A DNA stretch of 64,000 nt, from assembly GCF_006345805.1 (NCBI RefSeq), contig NC_043015.1:9300001-9364000 (forward strand), given 5' to 3'. The DNA comes from Octopus sinensis. Its lineage: Eukaryota. The translations under genes were made by a program, and so were the position numbers. Positions within the stretch are counted from its first letter, which is position 1. Every line of letters starts with the position of its first letter. Under the pieces are notes generated by a model that was not told where the DNA came from, did no database searches, and was given only the letters and a program-made list of their open reading frames with translations. Below, in pieces: positions 52,591 to 64,000 of the stretch.

Positions 52591-53711
52591 ACGGCTGTAA
52601 AGATCAACTAATGATCAATAAAGCCATAACTGAAGACAGCCACAAAAAGAAGAAAGGCCTCAGTATGACATGGATCGACTACAGATCCATGCCATCCATG
52701 CCATGTGTGGAGGATGCGTTTTATAGCATCCTCCACACATGGATCCGTGAAACACTAGCCATGAACAAAGTAGCACCAACAATTATAAAATACATAGGAC
52801 ACTATGAATAAATGGCAAACAGTGCTACAGCTCCAAACAAAAGAGGGACTCATGAAAACCAAAGCCATCCCCATTAGAAGAGGAATATTCCAGGGAGACA
52901 CACTCTCTTCACTCCTTTTCTGCTTGGCATTGTCACCTCTATCTGATATGCTAAATAGAACTGGATGCGGATATAAATGTTACGGCAAAATGATCAGCCA
53001 CCTTTTATATATGGATGACCTAAAACTATACGCTGCGAATGACAAACAGCTGGAAATACTACTAAAGGCAGTTCATAGATTTACCAAAGAAATTGTTATG
53101 AAATTTGGATTTAAAAAATGCGCCAAAGTAACCATGAAAAGAGGAAAACTATTTAAGAGTAACAACATCACACTAGATAAAACCAATGGAATAAAAGATT
53201 TAGACGAAAGCCAAACTTAAAAATACTTAGGATTCCGTGAACTAGATAAGACACAACACACACAAATGAAAGAGAACATAAAAAAAGAATATTATAGAGG
53301 AGTTAGATCAATACTAAAAACAGAGCTCAAAGTTAAAAACAAGATGATAGGTATTAACACTATAGTCGTCCCAGTTATAAGTTACAGCTACAATATCCTT
53401 AAGTGGACACTAAATGAACTGACCAAAATAGATAGGAAAACAAGAAAAATAACGACAGGATCTAGGATGCATCACCCCAAATCTGACATAGAAAGACTAT
53501 ATATACAACGTATAGAAGGTGGTATAGGCCTTATACAGCTGGAAAACTACTATAAAATAACCACCATAGGACTGCAAAAATATATACTTCAGAAGAAAGG
53601 AAAACTGATACAAATAGCGGCAAAACACGAGCAAAGAAAAAAAAACTGTTCTCAGTATTTAAGGAAGCTGACAAATACAAACAAGAAATCATACCACCTA
53701 ACAAATATGAA

Positions 53712-53746
<35 letters not shown>

Positions 53747-54779
53747 AGAAGAAGAAGAAGAAGAAGAAGAAGAAGAAGAAGATGAAGAAGAAGAAGAAAC
53801 AACAAAAGCTATAAAACAAATGAAATCCAAACTTAATCTAGAACAGCAACAATCCATGATAAAACGATGGCAAGAAAAGCCCCTTCATGGCAAATACTGG
53901 ACTAAACTAAATGCAACGGTTGCGACGCTGAGGACTCAAAGCAGAGGCAGCACAAGACCAAAGCCTCCCCACCAGAAATTACCAAAGACATGTAATGAAA
54001 AGAAATATAACTAGTAACTGCAGAATATGTGGAGATGGACAAGAAACAATAAATCATATTATCTCTGGCTTCCCAGTCCTGGCTAAGAAGGAATATATTC
54101 ACAGACACGACAGAGGTGGGATCTATATACACTGGAAGCCATGCCAACATTATGGAATAACAACAGAAAAAAGATGCTATATTCACACACCAGCAAAGGT
54201 CACAGAAAACAAGAAAGCAACAATACTCTGGGATATGCCGATACACACAGATAGAGAAATTAAGGCCAACAGACCAGATATAGTTGTCAGAGATCATGAA
54301 GAAAAACATGCTTTCTAATTGACGTATCAATACCAGCAGATGACAACGTGTCTCTAAAAGAAATGGAAAAACTTTCAAAATACAAAGACCTGGAAATAGA
54401 GGTAGCCAGAGTGTTGAATCTAAAAACAGAAACAATTTCTATCATGAAACCAAATGAAATCCAAACTTAATCTAGAACAGCAACAAACCATGATAAAACG
54501 ATGGCAAGAAAAGCAAATACTGGACTAAACTAAATGCAAAAGAAATACTCAAAGTCATGATAAAAAATATTCAGACAAATACATAACACAAACACCAGGA
54601 CTTACAAACACATATAACATACAGAAAATTGCTATACTAGGCACGGCACACATCCTACGCTGAAGACTTTCCATACAATAACCATCAGAGCATCACAACA
54701 AATCACGTCACATACCCAAGGCACACAGAGCTGCGCTCGGTAGTGAAGTGTAAGCACGCTATAAAAATAAAACTAGAGA
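52591..54779 (+). mobile_element. R4/Dong-type LINE, 5'-truncated, best-preserved copy
   Basis: RRGIFQGDTLSSLLFCLAL and HLLYMDDLKLY (RT), HHPKSDIERLY, WQEKPLHGKYW, CRICGDGQETINHIISG..HRHDR, KANRPDIVVRD (RLE), ALLGTAHIL. Flanked by (AAT)n. Confidence 0.95.
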
Positions 54780-54788
54780 ATAATGATG

Positions 54789-54837
<49 letters not shown>

Positions 54838-54897
54838 CAACAATAATAATAATAATAATAAAAATAATAATAATGATAATGATAATATTGTTAATAT

Positions 54898-54930
<33 letters not shown>

Positions 54931-55119
54931 ATTGTTAATATTAATAATAATAATAATAATCATAATCATAATAATAATAATAATAATGTTGTTGACGACG
55001 ATGATTATAATAATGATAATATTAATATATTAACAGCACTTACTTTGTGAAACTGTGTAAGTATGAGATCATGTAGAATTACACTGCATTTGAAAGAAGC
55101 TTAAATTATCTCTCAATGC

Positions 55120-55705
55120 TGAAGATCTAAGAATTTGATGTGGGATTTTCTATGGTGACGCAGAGTCTCCATTCCTCTTTTGTGTAGCCTTAATACATCT
55201 CACGAAATTGCTCGATGATGTACGGTATGACTACAATGTTTCATAAAAAATATTAACTACCCCTTTTATATGGATGGTTTAAAACTCTTTGCAAAAAATG
55301 AGCAACATTTACACGGCTTACTAGTAATTGCTAAACAGTTCAGTGATGACATCAGGGTGAAACTTGGCCTTGATAAATGTGCAAAATCTACAACTATCAG
55401 AGGAAAAATGATAGAAATAGCCAGCTTTAACCTTGAGCAGCAGAATGTCATAAAGGATTTAGAACAAGCTGAGACCTAGAAACACCTAGGGCTATTTGAA
55501 GGATATGGATTCATACATTCAATGATGAGGGAAAGGATCAGAGAAGAATGTTATCGCGCGGTAAAGGCAATATTCAAGACAGAACTCATTTCAAGATATA
55601 GGATCGAAGCGATCAATAATTTAGCCATATCGACCGTGACATACACTTTCAATATCATTAACTTGACAGAAAAATACGACGGCTATTGACAATGTATAGA
55701 ATATA
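55120..55705 (+). mobile_element. R4/Dong-type RT fragment
   Basis: GIFYGDAESPFLFCVAL and FYMDGLKLFAKNEQHL. Confidence 0.85.
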
Positions 55706-55711
55706 CCAACA

Positions 55712-55757
<46 letters not shown>

Positions 55758-55808
55758 TATTTTTATCTAGTTTCAGCTCACAATCTGTGGCCATCCTGGG
55801 GCACCACC

Positions 55809-55840
<32 letters not shown>

Positions 55841-55841
55841 G

Positions 55842-55869
<28 letters not shown>

Positions 55870-55873
<4 letters not shown>

Positions 55874-56700
55874 CAACAACGTGAGAACGTAGTACATGCA
55901 GAGTATTAGTAGACAGCTCAGGGAAGGAAAGAAAGGTAGTTTTAAGTTTCAAGCAATGTTCTTCTTCAATAACAGGGGACAGAGGGAAGTCCAAGAGAAA
56001 AGGAAAACGGACGAATAAAATCGCCAGCGATCCACATGTAGTTATATATTGAAATGGTCAGAAGGGAATGGAGGAGAAAAAATTATTTCTAAGAGAGGAG
56101 AGTGTAAGAGAGGGAGATATCTGTGTGTGTGTGTAATAACATGTGTGTGTATGGTGTGTGTATGGTGTTTTTGTAGTGTTGGCTGTTTATATGTTATGTG
56201 TGAGTGACCTTGTGTCTGTTAACGCTGTAGGAGGAATTCAGCAGTATGTTAACAGGAGTGGTGCACTTTTGTGCAGTTGTGCCTCTTCACATGTGCATAG
56301 AGGAATGGTCAGTAGAAAGGTGTTTGACTGGCAGTTTGAAGTATGTGTACCTGTGCGTATGTACGCGTGTGTGTGTGCGCTGTGCATATGTATATATGTG
56401 TATATGTCTCTTTCTCTATACCTACATATTTCCATACATATATACATAGGTACATTTATGCATATGTAAATCTATATGTATATATAGGGAGAATTCACGA
56501 AGAAAGCAAAAGACGAAAACTGGTGATGTAGAAAACAAACATGTATTAGTATAACGCTCAGGAATTGAAAAAGTATTTTACGTTTCGAGCCTACGCGATT
56601 CTACAGAAAGGAACAAGTAAAGAAACAAGTAAAGAAACAAGTAAAGAAACAAGGAGAGAAAAATGTGTGTAGTGGCTACCGATTTATCGTTGTAACTCAT
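55870..56700 (-). mobile_element. Two Penelope-pLTR-like fragments with hammerhead-like relics
   Basis: Minus strand TTGAAGAAGAACATTGCTTGAAAC (~55946-55969) and CTGTAGAATCGCGTAGGCTCGAAACGTA (~56579-56606). Cores are mutated. Confidence 0.35.
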
Positions 56701-56796
56701 ATATATCTATATATATAATAAATATTAGGGAATAAATCCAAATTTACAGGGAAAAAAATCAGATTTAGGATTAAATCCAATTTTATAGTAAAATAT

Positions 56797-57119
56797 TATA
56801 TAATATTAATTAGAGACAAAACCACTATTTTGCAAAACAAACAAGGAAAGACTTAATCAATACATAAAATTTTAATAAAAAGTAAAAAAAGTAAAAAATA
56901 AAAAGTAAAAAATAAAAAACAAAAAGTAAAAATAAAAAGTAAAAAAAAGTAAAAAATAAAAAAAGTAAAAAATAAAAAATAAAAAGTAAAAAAAAAGTAA
57001 AAAAAAAAGTAAAAAATAAAAAATAAAAAATACTTTTTATTAAAATTTTATGTATTGATTAAGTCTTTCCTTGTTTGTTTTGCAAAATAGTGGTTTTGTC
57101 TGTAATTAATATTATATAT
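56797..57119. repeat. ~88-bp near-perfect inverted repeat around an A-rich (aaaagt/aaaaat)n spacer
   Basis: Arms 56797-56884 and 57031-57119, one mismatch seen (gagac/cagac). Confidence 0.92.
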
Positions 57120-57424
57120 ATCCTGCCCTATTTAACATTGTCCCGAGGGAGATCAAAGAGGAAAAGGATCCCATCAACTTCAAACAGAGTCTGGATAGAT
57201 TCCTTCAAAGAATACCAGATAAGCCACCCATAATTGGATACAACTCACCCATCAAGAACTCACTATTTGAACAAAACTGGATACAACTCATCCAACAAGA
57301 ACTCACTACTTGAACAAAACTTGACTTAAACAGGATTCGAATAATCCTATCAGGTGGTGCTGTTAAGTTAGACATGGCCTAGACCAATCTCTGGTCGAAA
57401 CATATCTAAGTTTTATCTAAGTTT
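57120..57424 (+). mobile_element. CR1/L2-group LINE 3' end
   Basis: PALFNIVPREIKEEKDPINFKQSLDRFLQRIPDKPPIIGYNSPIKNSLFE, a typical ORF2 C-terminus. Then a ~44-bp tandem duplication and a stem-loop tail gacc-aatctct-ggtc-gaaac. Confidence 0.75.
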
Positions 57425-57440
57425 ATATATATATATATAT

Positions 57441-57717
57441 CTTCTTCTTCTTCCGACCAGACAATCAGATGGTGTTACACATCGCTGGTCACAATGCGTT
57501 CGCATTGTTTTAGCCTTCGAATGACAGGCCAACAGAAGAAAGAGTGGGAGAAAGAGTGGTGAAAGAGTACAGCAGGGATCACCACCCCCTGCCGGAGCCT
57601 CGTGGAGCTTTTAGGTGTTTTCGCTCAATAAACACTCACAACGCCCGGTCTGGGATTCGAAACCGCGATCCTGCGACCGCGAGTCCGCTGCCCTAACCAC
57701 TAGGCCATTGCACCTCC
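57441..57717 (-). mobile_element. tRNA-derived SINE, head type B, tail Z
   Basis: Head matches 14290; the 3' part is unrelated to tails X and Y. Confidence 0.85.
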
Positions 57718-57735
57718 ACACCCACACACACACAC

Positions 57736-57835
<100 letters not shown>

Positions 57836-57844
57836 ATATATATA

Positions 57845-57905
<61 letters not shown>

Positions 57906-58885
57906 TATGTATGTATATATATATATATTTTTTTTCCATACATAAACATATATAAGCGTAAATGCACTTTTATATTCCGTTTATATTAGATTGTAGATTT
58001 ATATAGAAATTTATATTCACTGGATCATCTGTCGATTACGGCTTTGTAAATGTAGCTTGTATTTGGTTTTTAATTTGTTGAAACCATTTCCCTTAAACCT
58101 AGCTTTATCATTTCCTGCTGACTTTTTCATGAATTTTTATAAGAGCTAGTGCACTGTATTTTTTCACATGCTTGTATTGTCATCCAGTTTTATGGATCTT
58201 CATCTGTCAGTTACTTGCAAGCGTGTTGCTATCTCAGATGCCACAAATTTTAGTTATTTAAATTTTTTTCTTACTTCATCTCGAATTACTTATGACGCTG
58301 CATTAGGAATTCATGCTTTCTTTATTAAGTTTTGTATTCCTGCCTCTTGCGTTTTGTAGATAGAAAAAGAAAAAAAAAAACGTTCCCTGATGTGGGGACG
58401 ATATTACTTTTTATAATGTGACATTGCTTCATTTTTGTAATCGTGCATTCTCCTTTCTCCATACGCTCTTTTCCCGTTATGTTCTCGGTATCTGATTATT
58501 TGTATTTCATGCTTTCACTTACCCTTTAATTTTTTCAGTTTTTTTCTTCGCATCTCTCTACCATTCTGTGTGGGTTTCTCCCTCTCTTTCTCTCCTTCTC
58601 TCTCTGCCTCACCAACTCACACACCCAATCGCTATCTAATGACCATCGTAATTCACATATACATTTTCAAGTATAGAAATTTAGAACAGGAAATTTTTTT
58701 TTTTAATCCTGGAGATTTTACGATTATATTTCTTTATTGTTCATTCCATATAACAATTGAAACATTGAAACACATACACAATCTATATATATATGCGTAG
58801 TCCATCAAAAGTGACAGCATATTAAAATACCTATAAAGGTTAAAATTATAAAAGTGTTTATAATGTTTATAATTGTTTATATATA

Positions 58886-59002
<117 letters not shown>

Positions 59003-59291
59003 TATAGATATATATACGTTATGTCAGGTATTTTGTTATGTCATGATTTGTATTAATACATAGACTATAAATGATGTCCAATCGATGTTCTTGTTAATCT
59101 CTGGTTTTCTCCATTTTCTAAATATTTGTAATGGTTCCATACAAATTCTTGTTCATACTGTTATTATACGCGCTCTACGTGCATGGTGTGCCTGCACACC
59201 AATGCCCGGGGATAGTACAGGTAACGGATCCCGAGAGTATATACAAATATTTCATCCTTTAGTAGGTTACTATAACAGCTGTGTTTACACC

Positions 59292-59330
<39 letters not shown>

Positions 59331-59378
59331 ACACACATATACACGCACACACGCACACACACACGAACACACACACAC

Positions 59379-59419
<41 letters not shown>

Positions 59420-59483
59420 TATAAAAATTATATATAACGAAACAAGAACGTGAAATACACAAAGGGATGAACACAGAAAACAG

Positions 59484-59915
59484 ACGGGTCATTCGAAGCC
59501 TGTAATCTTCAGTCAGAAACCGGATCATCATAGCAAATTTCGTCTGATTAATTCTGATATTTGCTCCGACGTGGCCAGCCCCAAGAAAAACTAAGCTGTG
59601 AGCATTAGATTTCTTGGAAAAAGGAACGAATGTAAACGCAACAAGGACAGAAAAACTTAACTTATATATAATTAAATACAAAATGGGACAACAACGCAAA
59701 ACATCTGGACGACCAGGTGATACACAAGAGACAACAAAATATCCAGATAGATGACACAAAAAAGACTAGGACGGGTCATTCTCAGTCAAGAACCGGATCT
59801 CTCTCGCAATTTCGGTGAATAATCTTCAGATTGCTACAATCTGGCCAGTTCCAAGGAAAAACTAAGCTAAGGGCATTAGATTCCTTGGAAAAAAGCATCG
59901 AATGTATACAAAAGA
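59484..59915. repeat. Diverged direct repeat of a ~150-bp unit (59484-59640 and 59770-59915), unclassified
   Basis: Shared gacgggtcattc...accggatc...tggccag..ccaag.aaaaactaagct...gcattagatt..ttggaaaaa. Confidence 0.75.
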
Positions 59916-60720
59916 CGCCTGTTGTTATGTCCTGTTATTATTATTATTATTTTTATTGTATTTTTGTATTTATATTCATGTAGCATCGTCCGTTTTTCCG
60001 TCCTTGAGATCTACAATACCAGGATTTTGTTTTATGCAGACATGACGTTCCTTAGGCATTAAATTATATTGAAACATGTTGTTTTCTATTTTCCTATATA
60101 TAGACAAATTTCAGCAATCTTAATGCATTGGTTATCAAATTTGTGCCTCATTTGTTAACTGTCAATGGAGTATTATGAAATTATTCAGAAACACACAAAG
60201 CTACAAGGAACTGGATATCACTGATATGGCAAAATGCCAAATTTGTTAACGTGCGGTTGGCATCCAAACAGAGAGAACAAGAAGTGTCTCGGAAGAGAAA
60301 TAATTCAAATATATATAGGCATAGCGAAGCAAGGTGTAGAGTTCCAGAACAACAGATATCGGATCACATTTTCAAAGGCAACATATTGGTGGGAAAAAAT
60401 CTGAAGTTACTCTAAAATTGTCGAAAAGTCTCCTGTACGTTTTCCCAAATTAAAACTATGAAGAGATGTTGGTAAAATCATTGGAACAATAATCTCCAGC
60501 CATGTTCTTATCAGAATCATCGTGACTCATGAGCTGTCATAACTTGTATGGTAGCATTAGATTCATAAGTAAATATAATCTGCAAGCAATATATTTACAA
60601 TCATAAATACTCATTGAAGACAACAGCATACCCGATCCATTATAAGATTAAATACAGGCGCGCGTAGACACAACACACACAAACAAACATATGTATATAC
60701 GTATACATATATATATATTA

Positions 60721-61211
60721 TTTGTTTCAGCCATGCTGGAGCACCGCCTTTAGTCGAGCAAGTCGACCCTAGGATTTGTTCTTTGTAAGCCTAGTATATA
60801 TTATATTCGTCTCTCTTGCCGAACTGCAAATTGACGGATCGCCGCCTTTTTAGTTGTCTACATCGACCCCAGGATTTATTTTTTATAAGCTTAGTACTTA
60901 TACTATCGGTCTCTTTAGCCAAACCACTATGTTACGGGGACGTAAACACACCAGCATCGGTTGTCAAGCGATATTGAGTGGGTGCGTGGACAAACACAGG
61001 CATACAAACATATACATGAACACGCATATATATGTATATATATATATACATATATATACGGCAGGCTTCTTTCAGGTTCCGTCTACCAATCCCCTCACAA
61101 GGCTTTGGTCGGCCCCAGGGTATAATAGAAGATAATGCGCAAGGTAGCACACAGTGGGACTGAACCCGGAACCATGTCGTTGGTAAGCAAGCTACTTACC
61201 GCACAGCCACT
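60721..61211 (-). mobile_element. SINE family A with an extra stacked 3' tail
   Basis: The tail module occurs twice (60721-60820 and 60841-60930). Confidence 0.88.
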
Positions 61212-61251
61212 CTGTGTGCGCGTGTGTGTATATACGTGTTTCTGAGTGTAC

Positions 61252-61282
<31 letters not shown>

Positions 61283-61646
61283 CAAGGAGCACTACGTCGG
61301 TTCCAGCTGATACAATGAAATGAACAGCCTGCTTGTGAGATTAAGTTCTTTACCAAGAGTTCATAACGAAACAAGGGAATGCCCCTTGTATTTGAATATT
61401 ATGCAATTATTCTATTAAAAGACTTTTCATGTAATGTTTCCAAAACTTAATTGTTTTCCATACTTTGAGTTGAAAAAAGTCTCAATGAGAGAAACCGGTA
61501 TTAAAATACTTTTCTATGATAAAATTATTTTAGCATTTTTGTACCTTGACCGATTTTCCTTATATATATCAACTCGTGTGTTACGTTTCCATCTTCTAAA
61601 CACACACACACACACGCACAGACTCACACGCGTGTATATGAATCTT

Positions 61647-61681
<35 letters not shown>

Positions 61682-61927
61682 AAAACGTAAAGGTACGAGA
61701 TGCTAAGATGATTTTACAAGACACATTTCGGCACCGGTTTCACGCATATAGTCTTTTTCAACTGTAAGTATGGAAAACAATTGAATTTTGGAATAATTAT
61801 ACGAAAATCATTTTAAAAGAATATGTTTATACTATTTAAATACAATGGGCATTTTCCTTTTTTCTGACTGTCTCTGCCTCTCTTGTTCACTGATGTGGCT
61901 TCGAGGTCATTGTGAATATTTGGCAGG

Positions 61928-62062
61928 GAAGAAGAAAAAGAAGTAGAAGAAGAAGAAGAAGAAGAAGAAGAACAACAACAACAACAACAACAAAAAGAAG
62001 GAAAAGAAGAAGAGGAAGAGGAAGAAGGGGAAGAGGAAAAGGAGGTGAAGGAGGAGAAGAAG
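61928..62062. repeat. (GAA)n/(CAA)n purine-rich tract
   Basis: Directly visible. Confidence 0.9.
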
Positions 62063-62395
62063 AATGAGAGGTGCCATGATAGTAGAAATGTGTTAGATCG
62101 TCAAGTGCCCTGAAAATAACTTGTTGTGGATGGTAGTAGTGATTGAATACTTGAGACATCCCTTTTGAATGCATTGTTTAAAAAATGTGCGTAAGTGTTA
62201 TCCTAAACTGCAATAGTGGTAAAGTTTGGAAGTAGGTGGCGGAGAGGATGAAGACGAAGAAGAAGGAGAAACAGAAAGTAGAATAAGAAAGGAATGTAGG
62301 TGGTATGATCGCAGTAGAATTTTAATTGGTTAAGTGACCTACAAGTGATTTGTTATGGATTATATATATATGATTGTGTGTGTGTATGGACCTAT

Positions 62396-62792
62396 ACTCT
62401 TTTACTCTTTTAATAGTTTAAGTCATATGAGTGTGGCCTTGCTGGATCACTGCCGTTTTAGTCGTGTACATCGACCCCAGGATTTATTTTTTATAAGCCT
62501 AGTACTTATTCTATCGGTCTCTTTATTCGAACCGCTATGTTACACCAGCATCGGTTGTCAAGCGATCTTGGTGGGACGAACACAGACACACAAACGTATA
62601 TGCACACACATATACATATACATATACACAGCGGGCTTCTTTCAGTTTTCGTCTACCAAATCCACTCACGAGGCTTTGGTGGGTCCATAGCTATATTAGA
62701 AGACATTTGTCCAAGGTGACACGCAGTGGGACTGAACCTAGAACCATGTGGTTTCTAAGCAAGCTACTTACCACACAGCCACTGCTGCGCCT
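62396..62792 (-). mobile_element. SINE family A, diverged
   Basis: Reverse-complement match to 6451. Confidence 0.85.
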
Positions 62793-63560
62793 ATACGTAT
62801 ATATGTATGCATATATGCAATTAATATCAGAATGATTTATGAGGACTATGGCATCAGAATTCTTTGTTAGTTATGCAATGTCATTTCAGATGAATACTAA
62901 AAAGCACAGCGATGTCCTTATTTGGATGATTACTGATCTAGACTGTCTAATCCTAATTTCAAATATGATGATTCAAATTTCGGGATTCAAATTGCAGGAG
63001 ACCTAATGTTACTGTTGATATTTTATAATAATTGAAGCATTATAGTTGCCTATCTATCATTTGGATTCCAGGTACATGAATCCTGCAGCATCAGAATACT
63101 AAGTTTCAGTTTGGGCCATACATTTAATTCTATTCTCTTACTAACACCATGATTATGTTGAGAAATTATATAAATATCTCCAAGTAGCATTAAGTCTAAA
63201 TCATATTTATCGTTTCTGAAACGAATGTACATTAAGAGAAACAGCAGGGGAATGCAAATCTAGCATCGAGAAAATTGTATCAAGTAGCTATAATGGTGAT
63301 ATGATAGAAAAACAGCAGAAAATATGTCGGTCATTATGAGATTTGTAAATTAACTTTAACGCTAATTGTAATCATATTAAGTGATATTAAAAATAATCTC
63401 ACAAATAGCTCCAATAATATACACAATATACACATACTCTCACACACACACATATATATATATATATATACATATAAATAAGTACATTAAGTATATATAT
63501 TTGTGATTATATATATATATATACACATTAAGATATCTATAGATATATATTTATGATTTT

Positions 63561-63642
<82 letters not shown>

Positions 63643-63765
63643 TTGAGTGTAGAAATTCGGGGTGAGTACTTGATATTTAAGAACCTGTGTATACCGTTTG
63701 GTGGTGTAGGTGGTGGAGTAAATGATCAAAATAAAAATAAAAATAAAAACATGAGGCGAAGGATT

Positions 63766-63846
63766 CAGCGGTACATATGTTTCGGGCCTTTATTAGACAG
63801 ATTCATAACAAATCATAATGTATGTCTGTGGCCTTCTTCAGCGCGC
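63766..63846 (-). ncRNA. Type I hammerhead motif, core intact, long stem II
   Basis: GCG(C)G-CTGAAGA-A-GGCC-[~41 nt]-GGCC-C-GAAAC-ATAT-GTA^CCGC. Palindromic ACATATGT stem III, A10.1.C11.1 mismatch, and a 4-bp stem I with one bulge. Confidence 0.7.
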
Positions 63847-63903
63847 ACAACAGCTTCCACAAGGACAGGTGTTACTTCCGAAATTCTTGGTTGGGGATGC
63901 AAA

Positions 63904-64000
63904 TCTTCTCGTTCCCGTACGACATAATGCGGCAGCAGCATCGAATTGAATCGAATGAATTCGATGCTGCTGCACATTATGTCGTACGGGAACGAGAAGA
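63904..64000. repeat. 43/44-bp hairpin running off the window end
   Basis: Left arm 63904-63947, loop gaatcgaatg, right arm 63958-64000. One small internal difference (atgcggcag vs atgtgcag). Confidence 0.95.

Noticed and set aside
58020-58360. Minus-strand stretch that looks like decayed coding sequence
   Set aside because: Multiple stops and no diagnostic motif.
59181-59205. 10-bp hairpin gcatggtgtg-cctg-cacacc-a-atgc
   Set aside because: Isolated, matches no RNA family I recognise, and plausible by chance.
59486-59835. Minus-strand CTGAAGA...GAA(A) motifs in the direct repeats
   Set aside because: Stem II does not pair and stem III or the cleavage site is missing; at most remote relics.

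Overview
AT-rich, repeat-saturated eukaryotic DNA, most likely an octopus (coleoid cephalopod) intergenic or intronic region. The organism call is an inference from the SINE families and the microsatellite load. I can support no intact host protein-coding gene: most ORFs in the track are microsatellite read-throughs, and the rest are decayed transposon fragments or unassignable. The window holds relics of mariner (2), hAT, a possible MULE, an autonomous-type and a non-autonomous Helitron, a Penelope GIY-YIG fragment, a CR1/L2-like LINE end, R4/Dong-type RLE LINEs mostly in or beside (TAA)n tracts, about 15 tRNA-derived SINEs with swapped modules, two MITEs and four fold-back inverted duplications. 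The most notable feature is a near-identical tandem array of a 583-584 bp non-coding unit at 17151-18526, inserted in a (TA)n tract. Each full unit carries a textbook type I hammerhead ribozyme on the minus strand, with a palindromic stem III and an unusually long 60-nt stem II. This is a candidate retrozyme or circular-RNA retroelement. Three further hammerhead motifs in unrelated sequence contexts (8143, 23336, 63766) and several relics occur, two of them inside or beside large palindromes. All structures and alignments were read by eye; no folding program or database search was run.
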